A stretch of 64,000 bases of DNA from an uncultured Gammaproteobacteria bacterium (GCA_964445435.1 CAYUKU010000007.1:3653-67652); one strand, 5' to 3'; shown: positions 27,701 through 36,561, counted from the first letter of the stretch. A program made the numbers and translations. Notes: generated by a model from the letters alone, not told the origin.

Positions 27701-27885
27701 ATTGCGCCTATATTGTCTCCCAAATCCGCAAGCGTTTGGGCAAACTCCTGCTTCGCGAACCCAGAGGCAACGCGCTGCTGTTTGTCATTGTAATCTCGGA
27801 TAACGAGCGATACGAGTGCTTCAAACTGTCGCGTTTGCGTCCAGCGCGGAAGCTCACGGAGTGGTTGTATTTCACCCTCAGGCAT
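24754..27885 (-). CDS. giant (1043 aa) protein with central class-B flavoprotein monooxygenase-like core (FAD and NAD(P) dinucleotide-binding motifs + ATG motif)
   Basis: The dinucleotide-binding motif 'DTLVVGSGLHASVFASEL...LLVD' (GxGxxA) is followed by a second Rossmann motif 'DIMVIGEGDSAYTVLEDL' and then 'VIFATGYQ'. Unknown extensions add ~370 aa N-terminally and ~250 aa C-terminally. The start was chosen at the Met at 27885; the ORF-track start at 28149 overlaps the divergent gene. Confidence 0.55.
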   Translation of the reverse strand: MPEGEIQPLRELPRWTQTRQFEALVSLVIRDYNDKQQRVASGFAKQEFAQTLADLGDNIGAIIEKTAQLKPGPEVGTFTTDGLESITKKPLTKSEKTLVTIIAVDSLARLATPLNRNITDGADFLAEDLTIDAKRLWTDNERTGIVDGTTTERVKAITRVVKMVIGLPYNKDDSTNAPLKNATDRAIRNNKETTKTIVTAATRSREIIVKYGTYPRVEYDPGDKPPEIKSHEYRMQRLRIPFLREFFAVASRIRQFKNEIAPILGRRKEFAKSTQDVRETHRTLAALFSGIYKSVRFGWLMDKSLDRATDRESNRIESLIRSGYNVVDTLVVGSGLHASVFASELRHLMPEAEMLLVDGADRLGGQFAEAETEKYYLNSRTRPENRLQEGVPGRKGNLNSLGPHAVVQVPDLTGDTYTPQRTIARAIRTNDLLSAPTLIRSTVTGILPLGELAQRRFGAKYAVNITIREPDGERALIVYTNRVINFSGLGEEAFPGIDTQLPRTRQLLDRARLDLARGMTPKVLHSSWYWKATGNGGNEFPRRDFTGDIMVIGEGDSAYTVLEDLLGYGPDASASVHQLDWPQNITWVGQDATDKKGLLEKLRPRYARVSLDMPRPEYTYSRIKPEEGRAFTISEEDNGRITVQWEAEDGVKRKTVDRVIFATGYQDRSPQIVDRRLFAKRVVDEEDIYTVNGTIRPQYLVAGCVFESRLGVVKTRIVSVSQRNIRIAVSLNDGEEEVESIPKKVFALERFARVTIPTPTVISATDPVRSDGRIVARQIPKENIYYGGTAGQIPLQRGDNIDSSFFEIIPENTAAGFLIVPRTVRFARQIAADIREAQKQLTDPSTKETSLIGALTGLKKRPTQLDAPLWRRITGLGKTKRLVSERFYSKPSPFRSLSDLRVAAQLPRALDQEDWLHVTMGAILSDYRFPPRKATYTFRIRRQNQVAIGEEFSKPFIIETDAPIDESDPDWIQFAQDIAANADFAAILDKRTRQPKTRLVNPRSRTPDAGKEVEDRINSVAVLTIPVDNNGVANIHGIRLEPV

Positions 27886-27971
27886 AGATGTAACCAGTAT
27901 TACAAAGCAGCTATATCTCTGGCAATACCCGTCCTTGACAAGCGGAATTGTTTTTATCACTATGGGTGTAT

Positions 27972-28436
27972 ATGGACACGAGAGCGGGGAACAAGAAGCA
28001 CAACGACTGGAAGACCGTTTCGTTATTTCTGGCGGGATTGGCTGCAATTGTCGGGATGGTCGCGATGATTTCGTACTCCACGGGAAACGGCATCTTCGCC
28101 GCCAACCAGGACAGGATCCAGCAGATATGCGCGAAGGTCGGTGCGTCATCTCAGGCGTGCCAGAGACTCATGAATCGTGGCGGAACGCCGGAAGTACAGG
28201 CGTGGTGCAGCGAAAAATGTGCTCAGTATTCCGATCCCAAATACAACAAGGCATGTAAGCTGGTTTGCGCGGCAGTGAACACGAAGAACGAGAAAACCGG
28301 AAGAATGCGATCTTGCGAGTCAGTCTGTGACAACTTCGGGAACGATAATTTCAAAAAGCAGTGTTTCTCTGTCTGTCCGTCACTCATCAATCCGGCATTT
28401 GTATCGCCAAGCGCCACACCGTCGCCCAAATCTTGA
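27972..28436 (+). CDS. membrane-anchored Cys-rich protein with 5 CxxxC-type pairs
   Basis: An N-terminal TM anchor is followed by the repeated CxxxC pairs CSEKC, CKLVC, CESVC and CFSVC. It is a paralogue of the next gene. Confidence 0.5.
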   Translation: MDTRAGNKKHNDWKTVSLFLAGLAAIVGMVAMISYSTGNGIFAANQDRIQQICAKVGASSQACQRLMNRGGTPEVQAWCSEKCAQYSDPKYNKACKLVCAAVNTKNEKTGRMRSCESVCDNFGNDNFKKQCFSVCPSLINPAFVSPSATPSPKS

Positions 28437-28510
28437 AAAGACACTGATGGCGTGAAGGAAACGCTTGACAACGGGGTATATTCGTGACACGCTGAAGAAG
28501 AAATTATCGT

Positions 28511-29278
28511 ATGCAACCGAAAACCTTATCTCCTTTGGTTTTTGCCATCCCCCTGGGAGCCGCAGCACTCCTCGTTGGATTTACCATCTTAGCTACCGGG
28601 GCGAATACGGATATCCGTGGACGCGCAAGCAACGACACGCAGAACGCGTGTGTGAAGAAGTGTAAACTCGTCGCCGGCAACAACAAAAACAAATGCGACA
28701 GTGCGTGTACGGAAGTTATCGCAGGAACAATGACCTGTTATGAGGCGAAAGACGAAGTTTCTGCCGGTTTTGTGAATGTATGTTGGGATTACAGCCCGGT
28801 AGGGAGAGCCTGCAATGCACAGTGTTCAGGAGTGGGCGATTCATTTAGCGCAGGCGGCGGAGCCGCAAAGGGATTGTGTACCAATGTCTGCCGAAGCGTG
28901 CTTTCCGGTGAGCAGACTTGCCGGCAGGCGTGTGATGCCAGAATGCAGGGAAATTTGGCTAAGTTCAAAACGCAGTGTATGACGAAGTGTCAATCGTTTA
29001 AGCTCCCCAATACACCGACTCCATCGTCACAGTCGATTCCTACGCCGACAGGAGAAGGGCCGACGCCGACGCCGGGCGGTGCAGTGAATTGTTCGCAGGT
29101 GTGCTCAGGAAACGGCGGATTCAGCGGCGTAAATGCACAAAAGTACCGTACGGAATGTACCAACATGTGTAATGAGATAAACGCCGGCACGAAAACCTGT
29201 CCCAGTGCATGTAACAAATATAGTAGCAACGACTATCTCAAAAACCTCTGCATGACGAAGCTCTGTTCGAGCAACTAG
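28511..29278 (+). CDS. membrane-anchored Cys-rich protein with ~10 CxxxC repeats and a Pro/Thr linker
   Basis: An N-terminal TM anchor is followed by the pairs CVKKC, CDSAC, CNAQC, CTNVC, CRQAC, CMTKC, CSQVC, CTNMC and CPSAC. Confidence 0.5.
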   Translation: MQPKTLSPLVFAIPLGAAALLVGFTILATGANTDIRGRASNDTQNACVKKCKLVAGNNKNKCDSACTEVIAGTMTCYEAKDEVSAGFVNVCWDYSPVGRACNAQCSGVGDSFSAGGGAAKGLCTNVCRSVLSGEQTCRQACDARMQGNLAKFKTQCMTKCQSFKLPNTPTPSSQSIPTPTGEGPTPTPGGAVNCSQVCSGNGGFSGVNAQKYRTECTNMCNEINAGTKTCPSACNKYSSNDYLKNLCMTKLCSSN

Positions 29279-29307
29279 TTCTTCCGGCGATCAGATATAC
29301 TATTTCT

Positions 29308-29847
29308 ATGGGTGAAAATGTGATGGAGCTTTTCGCACCCAAAGACGTCAAGGAGGAGTTTCCCTGGTGGTTTTCTCTTCATCCGCTTGCCGAGGCCGGG
29401 GAGACCGGGAAAACGCTTCTTGAGGCAACCGGCGAGACGAAGGATTCGCTTCTCTGGGGCGGCCGGTGGATGGGTCCGGGCGACGGTGCGGCAGTGGGAT
29501 CAGTCAGTAGCGGCACCGTTGCGATTGCTTCCAATGGCGATTATCACTGGGTGGAATTTCTCATGCCGACGAAAGAATTCCCCCGGGAATCCGTGCGGCA
29601 GATGGTATCCGCGTTCACCCAAACCGGATGCGACCTGGTCGTAATCGGCGGACCGGCGGACAAAGAGGACGCGTGGGCATACAGAAGCGCCATAGCCGGC
29701 CAGTTGGGCGAAGTAGGTCTTTCGGTATCCTCACTTCACTATCTTTCTCCGAAGCCGGGTGAATCGATTAATATGGTTGCTATTTGCGATCCTCAGGGCA
29801 AGCTCCATGTCTACGCTGCGCATGATCCCAGCGTGCCGGAGCCTTAA
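29308..29847 (+). CDS. hypothetical protein, 179 aa
   Basis: ORF with a plausible start. Confidence 0.4.
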   Translation: MGENVMELFAPKDVKEEFPWWFSLHPLAEAGETGKTLLEATGETKDSLLWGGRWMGPGDGAAVGSVSSGTVAIASNGDYHWVEFLMPTKEFPRESVRQMVSAFTQTGCDLVVIGGPADKEDAWAYRSAIAGQLGEVGLSVSSLHYLSPKPGESINMVAICDPQGKLHVYAAHDPSVPEP

Positions 29848-30944
29848 GTTTCCTGAGGTCGCGGGGGAGGGATGGGGAAGTCCCGGGTAACAAAGCCCTT
29901 GAGGTCATTTCTCGGTTTTACCCGTTGTCTGATGGCCCGCTGCGTTCGTAGGCTTGCTCCTTTTTCCGATTGCGTAAGATGGAAAACGAGTCTCAGGTGT
30001 TTCGGGGCGGTTGCTCCATTTTGGATCGGAATGATGCCATAGACGAGCGTTTTGAAGCGTGTCGCATAAGGCGTATCCATGTCGGACATCTCGCCTCCGT
30101 AGATTTCAGTTACGATCGCATCTGCATCATCGGCAGTGATGCCATCTGGAAGATCGATATGAGTCCAGCATGACACGGCGCCACGCGGGGCAGTGTGAAA
30201 GGTATTTTCCCAGAGCGCCTTTGGTGAGACCTTTTTTCGCAGAAATGCTCTTTTTGGGGGAAACTCTACCATGCGGGCAATGTCGCCATCGGGGTCTGAG
30301 ACGACCAATCCAAACTGGCACATCGCATTGGCACGAAGACTGATCGGTTCATTCCAGGATGTGCCCTCCGGCTGTGCGACAAGAATCTCCAGGGTGAGCC
30401 GTTCGTTGATGGGCATGTGGAATATGGACATGGGGCGAAGCGGTTTACCCGTAAATCCTTCGCCGGCCAATACAGGCTGGACATAGCGAAGCGCCGCAAA
30501 CATGCTAGGCTGCATCCATTTTAAGGTTTTGACGAGCGCTCGTGTAATGGCCTCAGGCGTCCCCGGATCGGTCGTCTGCGGTCCATTGAAGGTAAACCGA
30601 AGTTCCGCCAGTCCTGCGCCCTGTCCTATCGTAAATCCTTCCTGCCGGTCATCATACGCCTGAGCTGGAGGAGCGAATGTTGGCCGGTTTTTGGGATGGA
30701 GAATATCGTATTGGATGGGTTTGTTGTATTCGATGTAGGCGATGGTGAAGGCGGTCGCGGCAATCTTATATGCGTTGAGGGTCGGCTCCCAGTCAAATGC
30801 GTGGCCTTGTCTGATGGCATATGCGAAGCGTGTCTCGTATTCATGGGCGGCATCAGCAAAGAGGAAGTGTCCCCATCCGCGGGCCATGAGATCTCCCACG
30901 AGATCGTGGGTTTTGTCCTGTTCGTGCGTTTCCGGTGCTGACAT
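29844..30944 (-). CDS. hypothetical protein, 366 aa
   Basis: Long ORF. It overlaps the upstream gene by 4 nt in convergent orientation. Confidence 0.45.
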   Translation of the reverse strand: MSAPETHEQDKTHDLVGDLMARGWGHFLFADAAHEYETRFAYAIRQGHAFDWEPTLNAYKIAATAFTIAYIEYNKPIQYDILHPKNRPTFAPPAQAYDDRQEGFTIGQGAGLAELRFTFNGPQTTDPGTPEAITRALVKTLKWMQPSMFAALRYVQPVLAGEGFTGKPLRPMSIFHMPINERLTLEILVAQPEGTSWNEPISLRANAMCQFGLVVSDPDGDIARMVEFPPKRAFLRKKVSPKALWENTFHTAPRGAVSCWTHIDLPDGITADDADAIVTEIYGGEMSDMDTPYATRFKTLVYGIIPIQNGATAPKHLRLVFHLTQSEKGASLRTQRAIRQRVKPRNDLKGFVTRDFPIPPPRPQET

Positions 30945-31243
30945 ACGTAGACGAGTGGATTATATCTCAGATTAGCACGACAATACTACTAATATATAGG
31001 ATATGCTATTATTTAATAGATTGATATAGATAAAATATCTCTACGTCTACAAAAAACCGGCTTCCTCTTTTTCAAGAAGACTGGCCAGTTGTAATTTCCT
31101 TCCCCGCTTCCGCTTGGGTTGGACAAGGCAGTGTTGTCTTGTGCATCGATTATAAGACCTATAGCATGTCGTGTCAAGATAGAGAAAACCTATACAGAGG
31201 CATAGTTGATACGGTATACTGGGAAAATTATTGAGGAGGACAT

Positions 31244-31666
31244 ATGCGCGAACAAACAGTCGTTCTTATCAAGCCCGACGGATTTACGAAGAAAGTCGTA
31301 GGTCAGGTCATCGACCGCTTCGAACGGGCGGGACTGGATGTGGTGGCCCTCAAAATGGTGCGCCTGACTGAGGACATCCTCAAAACCTGGTACGCCCATC
31401 ACGCAGACAAACCGTTTTTCCCCTCTCTTGTTTCCGACATGATGGCCACGCCGGTTGTCGCGATGGTTGTAGCAGGGGAGGGAGCGATCCAGAAGGTATT
31501 TGATATCTGCGGCCCGACTGATCCGGCAGAAGCCAAGCCGGGAACGATCAGGCGCGATTTTGGGGAATCCAAACCCAAGAATGTGGTGCACAGAAGCGAT
31601 TCACCTGAGGCCGCGGAGAAGGAAATTAGCCTTCTGTTCAAACCGGAAGAGCTATTTCAAAGCTAA
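31244..31666 (+). CDS. ndk: nucleoside diphosphate kinase
   Basis: 'TVVLIKPDG', the '...NVVHRSDS' active-site His region and the ~140-aa size match NDK. A GAGGAGG RBS is present. The last four codons lie inside a REP-A copy. Confidence 0.8.
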   Translation: MREQTVVLIKPDGFTKKVVGQVIDRFERAGLDVVALKMVRLTEDILKTWYAHHADKPFFPSLVSDMMATPVVAMVVAGEGAIQKVFDICGPTDPAEAKPGTIRRDFGESKPKNVVHRSDSPEAAEKEISLLFKPEELFQS

Positions 31667-31674
31667 GCTTTGAA
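31656..31674. repeat. REP-A palindromic repeat copy overlapping the ndk stop codon
   Basis: Read directly. Confidence 0.8.
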
Positions 31675-31697
31675 ATTTTGCGGATTGTTCCGACGGG

Positions 31698-32333
31698 CTA
31701 AAGAAATAGGCCATCCTCGATTTTTCCATTTTCACTTTCTTTAAGGAGCACTGCGTATGTGACGTGATCGGAGACAAACCGCATGTATGCTGCAGGACTC
31801 CCAAAATGAGACAGAATTTCGGCTATTACGCAAAACGGATGGCTCGCAATATGGAGATATTCCTGACAAGATGACCACTTCCATTCTTCAGGCTTTTCGG
31901 TGATTTTGGCAATGACTGGATTGAGATGAATGTAGCGGGAAATATGAAGAAGTAGCTCGTCACTTTCCACAGCTTTCGCCTTAAACGTATATTCAAACAA
32001 TCTTCCGCTTCTATGATTGTTGATATTGAAAAATTTTGTGTAGCTTGTGTTGAGTTTGTGCATGAATTCCGTGATGCCGCCGTCTGCTTTTTGCTTAATA
32101 AGGAAATGATAATGGTTTGGCATGAGACAGTAAGAAAGTATGTCGACCTTCGTGTTCAAAGCTAAGCTTTGATTGTAGGAAGATCGTTCTGTGGCGCTGC
32201 CCGTTTTGAGGATTGACCGGATTGTTGAAACAAACCGGAGATAATGCCCGTAGCGCTGGAAAACAATACGCTTATCCACGCCACGGTTATAGATGTGATA
32301 ATAGCCGTTGGTAAAAAACGGGGCAGGCCGCAT
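31698..32333 (-). mobile_element. REP-associated tyrosine transposase (RAYT) / IS200-like Y1 HuH transposase
   Basis: 'YHIYNRG', the HuH motif 'LMPNHYHFLI', the catalytic Tyr region 'SRYIHLNP' and 'WKWSS' are present. It is flanked by REP-A copies, and one copy sits in-frame within the ORF. Confidence 0.75.
32155..32172. repeat. REP-A copy located inside the RAYT coding sequence (in-frame, encodes SYNQSLALN)
   Basis: Read directly. Confidence 0.8.
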
Positions 32334-32364
32334 TTAAGAAGATTGTACTGCGGCGCTAGAAAAA

Positions 32365-32383
32365 TTCAAAGCTTAGCTTTGAA
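32365..32383. repeat. REP-A copy immediately upstream of the RAYT start
   Basis: Read directly. Confidence 0.8.
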
Positions 32384-32874
32384 TTAAAACTCATCCACCC
32401 CTCAGGAACAACGCAACATCGCCAACGATTGGCTATATCTTTGTCGTCCCTGAGGGGGGCCATATCTGAGATTTCTACTTCGGCTCAAACCAGCAGTAGG
32501 TGGACAGGTTCGTACTCTCATTCGTGAGGGTGCAGGACGCATTGCTGTTGGGCGTCATGTCGGGAATTTTGAAGCCGACTGTCAGCCGGTTTGTATCCTC
32601 ATACGTGACCGTCCAGGTGCCGCCTGCGGAGCGCATGCCGTAAGCAAAACTATCAAAACGAGCAGGGTAGTACGAAGTGTGGTAAAAACATGAGGGATCT
32701 CCTTAAGAGTGGATTTTTGTTCAGATATGGAACGCGTGAGGTGGGTGTGGACGCGCCTGGGCCATCGCGTGAATCCGTCATGGCGGGCACAAATGATTCA
32801 CACGCCTACGCGGGATGTTAAAGGACGTTGGAGGAGAGGAAGTATTCCAAAACCGATCGGAGAATGCTATAAGC

Positions 32875-33270
32875 TTATCGGATTAAAAAGTCTTGGTCGG
32901 GGAGGAGAGGAAGTTTGCCTGTCCATTCGGTATATCGCGCTTCATCAATGGCTTCTATTTCAAACAACCTGTCAAGGAGAGCAGACAGAAGTATGCGTTT
33001 CGTGTACAGCGGTTGAGGGAAGGTTACCTGCAAGTCGAATGAAGGAAGGGCTTCGAGGTTGAATCGCTCTAGCTGGGCTTCCGTCCAGTCAAGCATGGCC
33101 ATGACAAGCGGTGTTTTTCTTGCGTCATGAACGGTAGTTTCCGTGACCGTACGCAACATCATACCGGTGAATATTTCTACCGGCACAGCAGGATGCGTCT
33201 GGGCGATCTCTATTTTCCGCTCGTCAGGAATATCGCTCCATTCGGTCAGGATTGGAATCTCTTCTGTCAT
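32875..33270 (-). CDS. hypothetical protein, 131 aa
   Basis: ORF only. Confidence 0.35.
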   Translation of the reverse strand: MTEEIPILTEWSDIPDERKIEIAQTHPAVPVEIFTGMMLRTVTETTVHDARKTPLVMAMLDWTEAQLERFNLEALPSFDLQVTFPQPLYTKRILLSALLDRLFEIEAIDEARYTEWTGKLPLLPDQDFLIR

Positions 33271-33329
33271 ATGGCTATTATATTACAGGATAATAATGTT
33301 TTTCATATACAGCATTGGCACACCTGTGG

Positions 33330-34001
33330 TTATGTTATGCTTGCTCTAAGTGGCGGGGCGTCAGCAGCAAGCTGGGGAACAGGGAGCGCTGAGCCGATAA
33401 TGCTCTCTGCGATATATCCGCAGGCGACCATAGCCATGCCTGCACCGAGCCGCGTTTCCGGACGCACTCCCGTAAGGTGTTCTACGCGGTCCAGAACAGA
33501 GACTGGCTGCCTGCCTGCGGCAAGATATCCGGCAAGGACGTTGTCGGCGGTGTGTATGTGGGCATATCCCAGCTGGCGGGCGATCTGCTGTCGGTCAAAG
33601 ATGCCCGAAAGAAGTGTGTGCATGATGCGAATTTGCCGTGGATCAAATGCATCTTGCTTCCACAGGTGCGGCGTTGGTTGCATACGGTCTATGATGCCTT
33701 CGCGGTACATCCAGAGCGCTATTTCCTCTGTTTTCCTTGGTCTCCAGCCGGTGAGGCTATATATTTTATCTACCGTTGCACGGCCGTAATTGCTGTGCAG
33801 TTTGTTTTGCACATACCTCTTTGAATAATGAAGTACGCCACCCGCTGTGCTTAGGCGGTAGCCATGGGTAGTCAGGGTGACAATCTGGCGCTCTAGAGGG
33901 TCGAAGATCGCGCGCAATGCCTCGACAGGTATTTTGCCGTCTGTTGATTCCCTAACGGATGAATAGGAATGGAGGATGAGCTCTGTTTCCAGTGTGTTCA
34001 T
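33330..34001 (-). CDS. hypothetical protein, 223 aa, possibly HTH-containing
   Basis: ORF with weak HTH-like segments. Its stop abuts the start of the downstream 737-aa gene. Confidence 0.35.
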   Translation of the reverse strand: MNTLETELILHSYSSVRESTDGKIPVEALRAIFDPLERQIVTLTTHGYRLSTAGGVLHYSKRYVQNKLHSNYGRATVDKIYSLTGWRPRKTEEIALWMYREGIIDRMQPTPHLWKQDAFDPRQIRIMHTLLSGIFDRQQIARQLGYAHIHTADNVLAGYLAAGRQPVSVLDRVEHLTGVRPETRLGAGMAMVACGYIAESIIGSALPVPQLAADAPPLRASIT

Positions 34002-34005
34002 AGTT

Positions 34006-36219
34006 TTACTGTCGTGTTGCTGGACGATTGAGTTCTTCTACATAGTCAACAATCAGATGTGCAAGTGCCTGGTACATCGCAAGTGCTTTTGCAGGTGCGG
34101 TGTCAGAATGGTGCGTCATCTCTGAGAGATGATCAAACAAACGTTGGGGGGCGGTGCGTGGTTCTGTCCAGTCTCTTGTCCGGGGAAGCGGCATGCCTGA
34201 CTCAAGAATCTGCTGGGCGAACTCCGACATGCCTACTGCGGAAAGCGCGTTCTGGTGATGCAGAAGATAGGTGAGATTGCGCTGCAGAAGCAGCCCCCAC
34301 CGAAGGCTGTCCGGCAGTCGCCCGCCGGGTATTACGTCTTGCGTATTTGTGGTGAGCCCTGTGGCCGCAAGAAACGCGTCGGTAACCGTCGCAGGTGCGT
34401 TGTCAAACACAGACAGAAGTGCGTAATACCGCGAAAAAACGGATTGGATATGGGCGATGACCGGAGAAGCGAGCATCTGCCGCGCGTCTTCGCTTTGCCC
34501 ATAACGGTTTTCTACAACGGCGGTTATAGGCAGTGCTTCCTCGTGACTCAGAAACGTCCATCCGTTTTCCACGAAAAACTTGCCGATGAGTTTGCGCAAT
34601 TTTTCGCGTGTTTTGCGAAGCGCTCTGGTGTGTATAGGGTCTTTGCGGCGAAATACGAGTTCAAAGAGGGGTTTGTAAGACTCAATCGCATCAGTTTCTT
34701 GGAGTTGGTCTTTCACTGCTGTTAGGTACGGGATGGGATCAAGAAACACGCGGCGTACCTCCGACCGGATGAGCCAGTCGTTGAGCAGTGAGCTATAAAG
34801 CGTCAGATTTTTGGTTTGAAGGGCAGTGACGAGTTTCTGATGCTGTTCATACAGGTAGTGATCTTCGCCGGGAAGAGAGAATACAGGGATATCCAGGTCA
34901 AAGAGCGCTTCAAACTGTTTATCGGGGTTGAGGATGATGTCGGATTGGGCGATGACGGCGGCCATGCGGCCTTCCGAAATAATTTTGTTCAGAACAGGCC
35001 GGTTGCCATCGACCAGTGCGCGCATGTCCGGTGCACGGTTAAGGTCGTACACACACTGGGCGACATACAAAGGATCAATATGCATTTGTTTCATGTGTGC
35101 CGCAAGCTCGTACAAATGCCGCGTATTGGGGGTGAAGAATTTATTGTGTGCAAGTTTTACCAGGCCTGCGAATTCACCGGCCCGCATCGTTGTATACGGG
35201 GCCAACTTGTTGGCGCCCAATTTGAGCAGAAATCCGCCCCATCCCCCCAGAAGGGGCACTGCACTTCTGTCATATTTGGCGCCAACGGTAACCGGTGTAT
35301 TGAGAAGATAGGACATATCCAAATTCGCATCGACCGCGTATCCGGAAGAGAGAAGTTGCGGCCGGAATGAGTCTTCGTCCAGCGCGATGGCATAGGCGAT
35401 TTCTCCACCCATAGAATGGCCATTGAGCATGAGGTGTTGGATGTTTGCGTATCGCTTTTCCAGGTTTTCCCGTTTGCGTGTCGTGACATAGTCAAGAAGC
35501 TCGTGTGTGGCGTACTGAACCTGACGTTTGCCATGTTCTTCCAGATGATAAGGGAATACGCCCCAAACCGGATCGTTGACCCGCGTTTTTTCAGCGCCCA
35601 TGATCGATAAGACTGCCTTGATACGGTGAGAATTGGGGTTGTCATCAGTCCACTTGGTCATGGTGTTTCTGGCGGTTTGCTCAATGGCGATGCTGCTACC
35701 GCCAAATCCGTGCCACTCAACGTCGAGCGATGTGGCGTCGCGGATTTTCTGGTCGATCATGCTTTGACACGCTTTTGCCCGCAAGGACTGGGCGAGCCGT
35801 TCGTACGAACGAACACCGTGTCTGGGAAAAAGATACGTCGGGGCGTTTTTGCGGAAGTTTTTGCCTTTCAGAAGTTCATCAATCTGACCAAGTCCATCCT
35901 GGACTTCCTGCGCCTCAGCGCGCGTAAGAGAAATAAGGAGTTTGCCGGCTGTGCCGCGCGCGCCGTACTCTTGTATATCGTTTTTCGTCTGGTGCGCCAT
36001 GCCGATATCGACCGCGAGGATGGATGTGTTGGCATCCAGGTGCGCGTCGTAGACGGTAAATCCGGTATGGGTTTCCGTTTTTAACATGTCTTGGATCCAG
36101 AGCTGGCGCCGGCCGAAGGCCTCCCGCATGGCTTCATTGCTGTAATCCATGGGAGCGGATTCCCGGTCAAACCGGCGGGTGGTAAGTTCTGCGGTTGCTG
36201 GTTGTTCTTCTCGTGCCAT
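34006..36219 (-). CDS. large hypothetical protein (737 aa) with alpha/beta-hydrolase core (HGFGG oxyanion motif + GHSMGG nucleophile elbow)
   Basis: 'WHGFGGSS' and 'GHSMGGEIAY' lie ~110 aa apart. The start was placed at MAREEQP, because the ORF-track extension only translates the palB palindrome. Confidence 0.5.
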   Translation of the reverse strand: MAREEQPATAELTTRRFDRESAPMDYSNEAMREAFGRRQLWIQDMLKTETHTGFTVYDAHLDANTSILAVDIGMAHQTKNDIQEYGARGTAGKLLISLTRAEAQEVQDGLGQIDELLKGKNFRKNAPTYLFPRHGVRSYERLAQSLRAKACQSMIDQKIRDATSLDVEWHGFGGSSIAIEQTARNTMTKWTDDNPNSHRIKAVLSIMGAEKTRVNDPVWGVFPYHLEEHGKRQVQYATHELLDYVTTRKRENLEKRYANIQHLMLNGHSMGGEIAYAIALDEDSFRPQLLSSGYAVDANLDMSYLLNTPVTVGAKYDRSAVPLLGGWGGFLLKLGANKLAPYTTMRAGEFAGLVKLAHNKFFTPNTRHLYELAAHMKQMHIDPLYVAQCVYDLNRAPDMRALVDGNRPVLNKIISEGRMAAVIAQSDIILNPDKQFEALFDLDIPVFSLPGEDHYLYEQHQKLVTALQTKNLTLYSSLLNDWLIRSEVRRVFLDPIPYLTAVKDQLQETDAIESYKPLFELVFRRKDPIHTRALRKTREKLRKLIGKFFVENGWTFLSHEEALPITAVVENRYGQSEDARQMLASPVIAHIQSVFSRYYALLSVFDNAPATVTDAFLAATGLTTNTQDVIPGGRLPDSLRWGLLLQRNLTYLLHHQNALSAVGMSEFAQQILESGMPLPRTRDWTEPRTAPQRLFDHLSEMTHHSDTAPAKALAMYQALAHLIVDYVEELNRPATRQ

Positions 36220-36226
36220 AGGATTT

Positions 36227-36255
36227 AGCTTCGCAAGGCCTGGCCTTGCGAAGCT
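36227..36255. repeat. palB 29-nt palindrome copy
   Basis: Read directly. Confidence 0.85.
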
Positions 36256-36561
36256 AAGAGTTGGATTGGTTCTGCTGTCGTAAATCCTCAATCCTCAAAG
36301 TGCTTTGAGGGCTGGGGATTCAAAGGGAGGCAAGCAGATTTTGAAAGAGAAATTGATCATCGTGAGATGAGATTTCTACAGACAAAAACTGTTTGTCACG
36401 CGTCCAATGAATCTTGATTCTTCTCCGGGGGAGCCGCCACGAGCTCATAGTCTGGCTACAGGGCCAAAACGTGTATGAGTCATGAGCGATGACGGCTCCC
36501 TTTCGAAAGGAGGAGAAGAGGAAACCGCTGGCCGGTCCGCCGAAACCGGCAGCGAGTCTCT

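Noticed and set aside
24754-28149. ORF-track start at 28149 for the giant flavoprotein
   Set aside because: It would overlap the divergent CxxxC gene by ~200 nt. The internal Met at 27885 leaves a normal divergent promoter spacer.
34006-36291. ORF-track N-terminal extension 'MRIYDSRTNPTLSFARPGLAKLNP' of the 761-aa protein
   Set aside because: The extension is just the translation of the palB palindrome, and the same peptide appears in three unrelated ORFs. The real start was taken at MAREEQP (36219).
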